Of a DNA stretch of 64,000 bases, positions 27,950-35,535 are shown one piece after another. Under the pieces are notes generated by a model. That model saw only the letters and a program-made list of their open reading frames with translations, did not search any database and was not told the DNA's origin. The number at the start of each line of letters is the position of its first letter. Positions within the stretch are counted from its first letter, which is position 1. The DNA comes from Candidatus Algichlamydia australiensis (GTDB lineage: Bacteria; Chlamydiota; Chlamydiia; Chlamydiales; JAJFMI01). The DNA lies in NCBI GenBank assembly GCA_033977065.1, contig JAXCHI010000003.1:128001-192000 (forward strand), given 5' to 3'. The position numbers were made by a program, and so were the translations under genes.

Positions 27950-28450
27950 ATGTCGAGACCGTACGAGTGCAACAGTTGCAAAAAACCTATTAGTGTTTTC
28001 TATAAAGAGATTACGGGAGAAAGCATTACACAGACAGAGATGTGTAAAGAGTGCCCCATTTTAGAGAAGAAGTTAAATCATGAAGCGTCGGCTGTTGCGC
28101 ACACGCAAGATCTCACTTGCCACTGCTGCCACACAAAATTTTCTGATGTGCGCATGGGCAGTGAGTTAGGATGTCCTGATTGCTACAACGCGTTTGAAGA
28201 TCTGCTTGCAGAAGAGTTGAAGGCGCGAGATCTTTTGCCTGCATCAGTTTGTGGAGCTCTGCAAACACGACCTAAAGCGCAGCTACACCAAGGGAAATGC
28301 CCTGAGAGATCAGAAGAGACGCCTCTACCCCAAAAACTGCAGGAGATGAATCAGGCGCTCAATCGCGCGATTGGGGAAGAAAAGTTTGAAGAGGCAGCTT
28401 TCTTAAGAGATCAGATCAAAAGTTTGATGGAGAAACAAAATGGAGAGTAA
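27950..28450 (+). CDS. mcsA: McsA (UvrB/UvrC-motif activator of protein arginine kinase)
   Basis: Four CxxC motifs including LGCPDCY; C-terminal UVR motif EKFEEAAFLRDQI; upstream of mcsB. Confidence 0.9.
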   Translation: MSRPYECNSCKKPISVFYKEITGESITQTEMCKECPILEKKLNHEASAVAHTQDLTCHCCHTKFSDVRMGSELGCPDCYNAFEDLLAEELKARDLLPASVCGALQTRPKAQLHQGKCPERSEETPLPQKLQEMNQALNRAIGEEKFEEAAFLRDQIKSLMEKQNGE

Positions 28451-29465
28451 ACTTCCCAATTTTTTTCTGGAAAACACGCCCTGGCAAAACGCGGAAAATT
28501 CTATTTGGCTCTCTACTCTTTTAACGCTGCGCCGTAATATTATTGGCTATCCTTTTTCAAAAAAATGCACTGCTTCTCAAAAGGCGCAATTAGAAGATGT
28601 TTTGGTCCCTTCTCTTTTGCAACTTCCTGAATTTGAAAATGGAAGAAAATGGTTGTTTAGTGCACTATCTCCTTTAGAAAAAGAGCTATTATTTGAACAA
28701 AAAGTATACCCAAGCAGTCCCAAGGATTCTGAAGAGAGTACGCTTGTTTTTGGAAGTAATGCACACGCTCTTTTGCACCATTTTGACCACCTCACTCTTT
28801 GCTTGAGAAGCAAAAGCTTTCATGAACTTGGACAGAGTTTGCAACGTGTTGAGGAAGCTTTTGAAAAGAGTTTGCCTTTCGCCTTTCATCCGCGCTTTGG
28901 CTATCTCACTGCAAAAATGCACGAATGTGGAAGCGGGCTCAAGATTAAGACTTTTATGCACTTGCCCGCTATGATCCACTTAAAAGAGGAGCTGCCTTCC
29001 CATCTTCACCTGTCAAATTTTACGGGGAGTAAAGAGGGCTTTCCTGGTGATGTGGTCGTAGTAAGCAACCATTTTACTCTAGGGCTTACGGAAGAGGAGA
29101 TACTCAAGGAGCTTTTTACAACATGTACTCACCTTAAAACAAAAGAGGAGCAGCTAAGAGAGAATTTAAATGGAGCACAAGAGTCGCATATCAAGGATCT
29201 TGTTACTCGAAGTATCGGGCTCTTAAAACACTCTTATGAATTGCACATTGAAGAGACTTTAGAAGCGTTGAGTCACGTAAAATTGGGACTGGGAATGAAG
29301 TGGATTTCAGGCATTGAAGAGAGTGTTGTCAACGATCTGCTCTTCCGCTGTCAAAAAGCGCATCTCTCTCTTACTCTTTCAATAGGTACAAATATGAGCG
29401 AGCTAACGCAAAAACGCGCTGCCTATCTCCATGAAAAAATGCACTCTGTAGAGTCAAGAATATGA
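28440..29465 (+). CDS. mcsB: McsB protein arginine kinase (ATP:guanido phosphotransferase family), divergent
   Basis: LRRNI.GYPF, FAFHPRFGYLT, G.GL....HLPA and SNHFTLGLTEEEIL motifs. Confidence 0.85.
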   Translation: MESKLPNFFLENTPWQNAENSIWLSTLLTLRRNIIGYPFSKKCTASQKAQLEDVLVPSLLQLPEFENGRKWLFSALSPLEKELLFEQKVYPSSPKDSEESTLVFGSNAHALLHHFDHLTLCLRSKSFHELGQSLQRVEEAFEKSLPFAFHPRFGYLTAKMHECGSGLKIKTFMHLPAMIHLKEELPSHLHLSNFTGSKEGFPGDVVVVSNHFTLGLTEEEILKELFTTCTHLKTKEEQLRENLNGAQESHIKDLVTRSIGLLKHSYELHIEETLEALSHVKLGLGMKWISGIEESVVNDLLFRCQKAHLSLTLSIGTNMSELTQKRAAYLHEKMHSVESRI

Positions 29466-30802
29466 AAAAAATTGCTGCAATTATTTTAATGGGCGGTGCG
29501 GGCAAGCGTTTTGGCTCAAGTATACCTAAACAGTTTCAACGTCTCTCTGGAAAGCCTCTCTATCTCCATACTTTAGAGAAATTTCTCTCTATAAATCTTT
29601 TCTCGGAAATTATTCTTGTCTGCCACCCCAATTGGATAGAAAAAGTGATCGCTCCAGAAGGAGTGCGGGTAGTTTCTGGCGGTAAAACCCGCCAAGAATC
29701 CTCCTTTTTAGGAGTTAGTGCAACCAAAAACACCATTGAAGCTGTTGTGATTCATGATGCGGTACGACCGCTCATTTCTGAAGAGATTTTACAAGAAAAT
29801 GTAACAGCTCTGCAGAAGTATGAGGCTGTGGATACTTGCATTCCCTCTACTGACACAATTGTCCATGCAAAAGGAGAGCAAATTGTTGCCATTCCTAAAC
29901 GTTCTGAATATTTGCGCGGACAGACACCCCAAAGTTTTTCAAAAAAACTTTTTTTAGAGGCGCATAAAAAGGCGCAGCGTGTGGGAATGGTAAATGCAAG
30001 CGATGACTGCCAGCTCATACTGCGATTGGGCAAAGCGGTACACGTGGTAGAGGGTGCGGAAGAAAATATTAAAATCACAACTCCCCTCGATCTCTATGTT
30101 GGTGAACAGCTGATGCGTCAGGCAATTCCATCTACAAGCTCTAAAGAGAGTCTTTCTGGAAAGCGCTTTGTGATTGCAGGTGGTAGTGGCGGTATTGGGA
30201 AAGAGATTTGTAAAAAATTAGAGCGGCTGGGTGCAATTGTGATTCCTCTTGCTCGCTCTACAACCCCCTTTTCAGCTGATCTAAGAAGATTTGAAGAGTG
30301 CCGCAAGGTCTTTACTCAAATTGGCGAGATTGATGGTCTAGTGCACGCTGTAGGCAATCTGCTAGTAAAACCTTTTGTTGAGTTTGATGAGACTGAAATT
30401 GAAGAGTTGTTAAAGGTCAATTTCAAAAGTATTCTCTACTGTGCGCGCTTTGCTCAAATCAAGAGCGGTGGAGACTTTTTGACCATTGCATCCTCCTCCT
30501 ATTACCGAGGACGAAAGGGTTACGGTATTTACTCTGCAGCAAAGGCTGCAGCTGTTAACTTCACGCAGAGTTTTGCAGAAGAGCGGCCCGATCTCAATGT
30601 CAATATTTGCCTTCCTTCCCGTACAAATACAGAGCTTCGAAGAAAAAACTTTCCCGATGAGAACGTAGAAGAGTTACTAGAACCACGCTTTGTCGCAGAA
30701 GAAGTGGTAAAAATATTAAAAAGAAAAGGTTCCATGGGAACATGGAACCTAAGCGGGACCCTGAATAACTCATGTACCGATTTCTCGGCTGAGAAATGCT
30801 AA
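29462..30802 (+). CDS. IspD/TarI-type cytidylyltransferase fused to an SDR reductase (Bcs1-like CDP-ribitol synthase)
   Basis: N-terminal half has GGAGKRFG..PKQF, IHDAVRP, GQTPQSF, NIKITT; C-terminal half has GGSGGIG, ASSSY.RGR, YSAAKAA. Confidence 0.85.
   Translation: MKKIAAIILMGGAGKRFGSSIPKQFQRLSGKPLYLHTLEKFLSINLFSEIILVCHPNWIEKVIAPEGVRVVSGGKTRQESSFLGVSATKNTIEAVVIHDAVRPLISEEILQENVTALQKYEAVDTCIPSTDTIVHAKGEQIVAIPKRSEYLRGQTPQSFSKKLFLEAHKKAQRVGMVNASDDCQLILRLGKAVHVVEGAEENIKITTPLDLYVGEQLMRQAIPSTSSKESLSGKRFVIAGGSGGIGKEICKKLERLGAIVIPLARSTTPFSADLRRFEECRKVFTQIGEIDGLVHAVGNLLVKPFVEFDETEIEELLKVNFKSILYCARFAQIKSGGDFLTIASSSYYRGRKGYGIYSAAKAAAVNFTQSFAEERPDLNVNICLPSRTNTELRRKNFPDENVEELLEPRFVAEEVVKILKRKGSMGTWNLSGTLNNSCTDFSAEKC
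30718..30750 (-). terminator. Intrinsic terminator of the tRNA-Glu/tRNA-Lys transcript
   Basis: Perfect 10-bp stem AGGTTCCATG / CATGGAACCT followed by TTTCTTTTT on the minus strand. Confidence 0.7.
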
Positions 30803-30915
30803 AAAAGATCATTTTCGACCTCCAATAACTGTTCACAGTTATTTACAGCCTCCAAATGAGCTTTTTTAGCATTTTCAACCCGAGCCATCAGCACAGCAGC
30901 TATCCAGGCTCTCCT
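30752..30915. repeat. Palindromic miniature element family A, uninterrupted copy
   Basis: Stem GAAATGCTAAAAAAG / CTTTTTTAGCATTTT; central AATAACTGT-TC-ACAGTTATT; homologous to 58270..58598 and 6505..6667. Confidence 0.85.
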
Positions 30916-30921
30916 CAAGTA

Positions 30922-30994
30922 TGAGGCTTGATGGGCTCGAACCATCGACCCTCTCCTTAAAAGGGAGATGCTCTACCAACTGAGCTAAAGCCTC
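30922..30994 (-). tRNA. tRNA-Lys(TTT)
   Basis: GAGGCTTTAGCTCAGTTGGTAGAGC..., anticodon arm TCTCC-CTTTTAA-GGAGA, T-loop GGTTCGAGCCC. Confidence 0.96.
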
Positions 30995-31000
30995 AAAAGC

Positions 31001-31075
31001 TGACCCCAAGGGGATTCGAACCCCTGTTATCAGGATGAAAACCTGGTGTCCTAGGCCTGGCTAGACGATGGGGCC
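31001..31075 (-). tRNA. tRNA-Glu(TTC)
   Basis: GGCCCCATCGTCTAG..., anticodon arm CAGG-TTTTCAT-CCTG, T-loop GGTTCGAATCC. Confidence 0.95.
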
Positions 31076-31148
31076 ATAAGTAGAGAGCATTATCTAACGC
31101 TCTCATACGTAGGATGCAACTCAGTATAGCGCACCCTAGCATTTTTGA

Positions 31149-31691
31149 TCAAACAACCAGAATATCTTTTTCTTTGGACTTTACCAATTCGTCTGCTTCT
31201 TTGCAGCATTTATCAGTAAGTTCTTGAATTTTCTTCTCTAGTCGCTTCTGATCATCTTCGGAAATGTCGCCACTGCTCTTCTGCTTACGCACAAGATCAT
31301 TCCCGTCACGGCGAATATTTCGAATGGAAACTTTTGCTTTTTCACCCTTCTCTTTTGCTTGCTTCGCCATATCTTTGCGCACCTCTTCACTCATTGGAGG
31401 AATGGGAACGCGTACAATATTGCCCTCTAAAATGGGTTGCAAACCGAGGGAGGATTTTTCAATCGCCTTCGAGATAGGTCCCGCTGTTTGCGCATCATAT
31501 GCTGTGACAACAAGCTGTCTATCGGCAACCGCAACAGATCCCAAATCGCGGATCTTCATGTTAGATCCATACACTTCGACAACTATTGAATCGAGCATAC
31601 CCGGATTCGGGCGATTGGTGCGCAAGTTGCGCAAATCTTCCTGAAGATGCCCGAGGGCATCTTCCATCTTTTTTTGAATCTCTTTTTCCAT
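31149..31691 (-). CDS. frr: Ribosome recycling factor
   Basis: LRTNRPNP, IPPMSEE.RK, AKVSIRNIRRD and IQELTD motifs. Confidence 0.96.
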   Translation of the reverse strand: MEKEIQKKMEDALGHLQEDLRNLRTNRPNPGMLDSIVVEVYGSNMKIRDLGSVAVADRQLVVTAYDAQTAGPISKAIEKSSLGLQPILEGNIVRVPIPPMSEEVRKDMAKQAKEKGEKAKVSIRNIRRDGNDLVRKQKSSGDISEDDQKRLEKKIQELTDKCCKEADELVKSKEKDILVV

Positions 31692-31696
31692 GGCTA

Positions 31697-32551
31697 TTAC
31701 ATCCCCAACTGCCAGCGCAAGAATGAGGTAAGCTCTAAAGTCTTTCCTTTTTTCTTCGCTTCAGCTGCCACAAATTTCTCCACACTCTGTGAAGGGTCTT
31801 TGATGTACTTCTGGTTAACAAGACACATTGCATCGATTGTAGAGCGGATTTTACCCTGCACAATCTTTTCTGCAATTTCTGGTGGCTTGTTGCCAGGAAC
31901 CTGGCTCATGGCAATCTCTTTTTCCTTCTCAATAACTTCGGCAGGTACAGCTGCATGATTGAGGTATTCAGGAGATTCAGCCGCAATGTGCATCGCAATT
32001 TCGCGAGCAAGAGCCGCTTCATCGCTGGCGCCTTTTAGCTCTGCCATGCAGACGATTTTTCCACCCATGTGTGAGTAGTGACCATAAGAGTGATTCTCTT
32101 TTTTCTCTACAAGCTCTACACGCTGAATGCGAATATTTTCTCCAATCCGCTGGATAATCTGTGCGCGCATCTCTTCCAAGGTTAGAGAGCTATCTTGAGT
32201 TGATTTAGCAGCCAAGAACTCTTCTGCGCTCTTCGGCTTAATCGCAAGAACTTCAATACCAACACTTTTGACAAAGTCAGCAAAAAGATCATTTTTTGCA
32301 ACAAAGTCTGTCTCTGCATTGATTTCGACAAAAGCAAGAACTTGATCATCTTCAAAGACGGCAATCACGCCCTCTTTTGTCTCGCGACCCTCTTTCTTTA
32401 CAGCAGAGGCCATACCCTCTTTGCGAAGGATTTCAATCGCTTTTTCAATGTCGCCTTCCGCCTTTTCTAAAGCTTGTTTACACTTTCCCATGCCAACGCT
32501 TGTGCGGCGACGCAATTCTTTTACTTGATCGGGAGTTACTTTTGTGCTCAT
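31697..32551 (-). CDS. tsf: Elongation factor Ts
   Basis: VKELRRRT..GMGKCKQAL, ETDFVAKN, IGENI and AMHIAA motifs. Confidence 0.97.
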   Translation of the reverse strand: MSTKVTPDQVKELRRRTSVGMGKCKQALEKAEGDIEKAIEILRKEGMASAVKKEGRETKEGVIAVFEDDQVLAFVEINAETDFVAKNDLFADFVKSVGIEVLAIKPKSAEEFLAAKSTQDSSLTLEEMRAQIIQRIGENIRIQRVELVEKKENHSYGHYSHMGGKIVCMAELKGASDEAALAREIAMHIAAESPEYLNHAAVPAEVIEKEKEIAMSQVPGNKPPEIAEKIVQGKIRSTIDAMCLVNQKYIKDPSQSVEKFVAAEAKKKGKTLELTSFLRWQLGM

Positions 32552-33324
32552 TCTTTCTCTCCTTCTTCTGCATCTTCAACAATCTCTTCTACTTGTGATT
32601 CAATCGTCGCCTCAGCTGTTTTTTTAATTTCAATACTCTTTGCAGCTTTTTTCTCGATAATTGCATCGGTCAGAGCGCCTAAAATCAATTTAATGCTTTT
32701 TAAAGCGTCATCGTTACAAGGGATTACGTGATCAATTGGATCGGGATCGCAATTTGTATCAACAAGTGCAAGAACAGGAATACCGAGTTTATTCGCTTCA
32801 GCCACAGCAATGTGCTCTTTGCTTGGATCAACAACGATAATCAAGCCTGGGGGTTTGCGCATAGCGCGAATTCCGCAAAGGTTGCGATCTAGTTTTTCCT
32901 GAGATTTTCCAAGAAGAACCATCTCTTTCTTTTTCAAACCTTCTCCGCCAGATGCGATCACCTTCTCGATCTGCTCTAACTTCTTTACAGAAGCACGGAT
33001 CGTAGTCAAATTGGTGAGCATACCACCCAGCCAGCGCTCAGAAACATAGGCTTCGCCCGCATTTTCTGCGCACTCTTTCACAACGCTTTTTGCCTGTTTT
33101 TTCGTTCCAACAAAAAGAATTTTTTTATGATTTTCAACAGCATCTTCGACCATTTCAACAGCAGTTCTGACTTGCTGCATTGTCTTTGCTAGGTCGATGA
33201 TACAAATTCCATTGCGCTCGCCGAAGATGTAGGGGCGCATTTTAGGATTCCAGCGACGCTTTTGGTGCCCGAAGTGCGCGCCACTCTCTAATAAGTCTTT
33301 TACAGTAATTTGTTTTTTAGCCAA
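32548..33324 (-). CDS. rpsB: 30S ribosomal protein S2
   Basis: GAHFGHQ.RRWNPKM, RWLGGMLTN, VDTNCDP and NDDA motifs; TTG start after a GGAGG RBS. Confidence 0.97.
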   Translation of the reverse strand: MAKKQITVKDLLESGAHFGHQKRRWNPKMRPYIFGERNGICIIDLAKTMQQVRTAVEMVEDAVENHKKILFVGTKKQAKSVVKECAENAGEAYVSERWLGGMLTNLTTIRASVKKLEQIEKVIASGGEGLKKKEMVLLGKSQEKLDRNLCGIRAMRKPPGLIIVVDPSKEHIAVAEANKLGIPVLALVDTNCDPDPIDHVIPCNDDALKSIKLILGALTDAIIEKKAAKSIEIKKTAEATIESQVEEIVEDAEEGEKE

Positions 33325-33447
33325 GTCTTGTCCCTCCTATTTGACATTGCGGAGCCCCCAATGGTGACCCCTTCGGCATCCTCAGCTCGTGAAGATTTCG
33401 ATCTTGGTTAGCGTTATTTTCTCTCCCACATGGGAGGAGATCTATTC

Positions 33448-33476
33448 AGGATAGCAGAAAAGGTTGGAGAATGCAA
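33448..33476 (-). promoter_or_regulatory. Promoter of rpsB-tsf-frr
   Basis: Minus strand reads TTGCAT-N17-TATCCT with an extended -10 TG; implies a ~115-nt leader. Confidence 0.7.
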
Positions 33477-33530
33477 GATCACATTTAAGAAATGATTGAC
33501 ACTCAGCAACAGAAAATTTTACTATCCCTT

Positions 33531-34959
33531 TTAACATGAAAAAACCTCACACCAATCGATAATTTTATCAAAATATTCGCTAGAAATAACCTCATTCGAA
33601 ACACCTCCCACATGAATTAGAATCGGTCGATATGTAATATGTTTTGGAATTTCTAGTTTCTTTATTTTTTGCTCCATTTCTTCTATTACCTCTTTGCCTA
33701 TGTTGTGAATAGAAAATTTAATCTCACATAAGAAAATTGCGCTTTTAGTTTGGATCAAATAATCAATTTGACATCCTTTTCTCTTCTTTGTAGTTGTTTG
33801 AAAAAAAGGACCGTCATGTAAGCAATCTGATGGAGAAATTTCTAAAATATTTAGAATTTCTTTGCGATTATGAATAACGAGATTTTCAAATTGTAATCCC
33901 ATAATCGATGCCCATTGTGTTTGGGCAAAAAGCGACCCCTCTTCATATTTACCTTCTATAATCTCTTTCTTTCTCGGTTCTATAAATTTTAGATAAAACC
34001 TCAAATAATTATCACTTAATCGATATTTTCTTAACCTGCTCATTTTATGAGTCTTTAAACTCCATGAAAAATCATCTGTTAAAAAGCCAGCTGTTACTAA
34101 ATCATTTAAATATTCTGAAATACTCCTCCCTCTATGTCTATTAATTCCCTTGCTAATTTCTTCTTGATTCAATGAATGGTTGTTAGCTAACAAAGATACA
34201 ATTTTCTTATATAAAGAGCTTCTTTTTTGAAAAAAGATCATGAAAAATTCTATCGAACTCATTAAACAACAGGCCCGAATCCATAAAACATAACTCTTTG
34301 AGATTTTGTTCTGCTGTTTTTTTTGGATCTATTTGATTTAAATATTTTGGAACTCCCCCTGTTACTCCAAGCACTTTTAATTTTTCAAAAGCTGAAACAG
34401 ATTTTTCTCTTTTACCCCAAAATTTTATACAATCTTTTATTGATAACTCTTTAAGACTCAGGATCAAATCTATACGACCAAAAAAACCTGTATTTTTTAG
34501 AATATTCTTATCAATCCAGCTTGAAATAGAGCTTGCAACTACCAAAACCAATCGAGGGTTTATCTCGAAGTGCTGGTCCCACGCAATTTTTAACTTACCA
34601 AGAAACTCTGGATCTTTAGCTCCAATCCATGAAATTTCATCTAAGACCAGTAAAACAGGACCTTTATCACATGCTTTTCCCAATACCCAAAAAATATCTC
34701 CCCAATCGTCTCCTGCTACAGATGGAAGACCTTGCTCTTTCATTTGTCTTACAAACTCTGATCTTTGCTTCTTTGCTGTAGTCTTCTTATTGGGTGGCAG
34801 TGCTGTAAATAAATATTTTTTTGAAAAGTCCTTTGAAAATTCGGTAATTAGGCGACTCTTTCCAATACGCCGTCTACCTCGGATCACAACAAAACTGGCC
34901 GATCTCCTTGATTCCCTGCCCCTTAACAGCTTTAACTCTTTTTCTCTACCTATAAACAT
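33531..34959 (-). pseudogene. AAA ATPase - winged helix - PD-(D/E)XK nuclease-like gene, split by a frameshift near 34225
   Basis: 5' ORF has MFIGREKEL, GRRRIGKS, LVLDEI, TGGVPKYL; 3' ORF has YRLSDNYLRFY, GLQFE, QID...CEIK. Removing one base from the T6-C-A6 tract joins them as ...DLFSKRSSLYKK. Confidence 0.82.
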
Positions 34960-34962
34960 TCA

Positions 34963-35094
34963 TACCCCTAAATCGTCTTTTTCCATTTTAAGGGTATGTT
35001 TTTTTGCATTTATTTTCTACCCTTAAATCGTCTTTTTCCATTTTAAAGGTACGTTTTGCGAATTGGTTTTCTTACCCTTAAATCGTCTTTTCCA
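34963..35094. repeat. Array of 34-bp palindromic repeats at 55-bp period
   Basis: TACCCYTAAATCGTCTTTTTCCATTTTAARGGTA at 34963 and 35018; truncated third copy at 35073. Confidence 0.9.
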
Positions 35095-35097
35095 CAT

Positions 35098-35264
35098 CTA
35101 GATAGTGTCGTCAAAAGGCTATAATCAGATTATTTTTCATGTTTGCAGCTTATTTTTGTGCGGAAATTGAAGCTGAATTTGTAAATTCCGCTTCATTTGA
35201 GCACAAAAATGGAGCCCAAACATGAAAAATAAGATGGTTGTATGCTTTTGACGACGCTATCTAG
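35098..35264. mobile_element. Palindromic miniature element family C, copy 2 (MITE-like)
   Basis: CTAGATAGTGTCGTCAAAAG ... CTTTTGACGACGCTATCTAG terminal inverted repeat (19/20), with CTAG at both ends. Confidence 0.88.
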
Positions 35265-35306
35265 ATGGAAACGAGAAAAACTAGCAATAATTTAAACAAA
35301 AAAATG

Positions 35307-35377
35307 AGCGCCTGATCAGAATCGAACTGACACTAATAGCTTGGAAGGCTATTGTTCTACCATTGAACTACAGGCGC
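35307..35377 (-). tRNA. tRNA-Gly(TCC)
   Basis: GCGCCTGTAGTTCAATGGTAGAAC, anticodon arm ATAGC-CTTCCAA-GCTAT, T-loop GTTCGATTC. Confidence 0.95.
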
Positions 35378-35535
35378 GCAGTTACAGAGCATCATCGCAC
35401 AATCGCTTTTTTTCTGACAAGTATTCTAGCGCTCTATAATAAATTAAAATTATTAATATTATTATTAATTATTTTAATCGATTTTTTATCCAAAAATTGA
35501 TAGAATAGAGTCTCGAAAAACATTTTTTTTACATA

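Noticed and set aside
28440..29465. McsB as a pseudo-kinase (canonical NEEDH and CPTN motifs altered)
   Set aside because: As I recall, chlamydial McsB homologues are generally divergent at these motifs; not assessable without an alignment.
34215..34240. Programmed -1 ribosomal frameshift at A AAA AAG
   Set aside because: The downstream ORF is in the +1 frame (offset 697 nt), so a -1 shift would not join the halves.
34963..35094. Bona fide CRISPR array
   Set aside because: Fewer than three full repeats, short mutually similar spacers, and no cas genes in the window; kept only as an unexplained array.
30922..35377. Prophage or integrative element at the tRNAs
   Set aside because: No integrase and no duplicated tRNA 3' end (att site) found.
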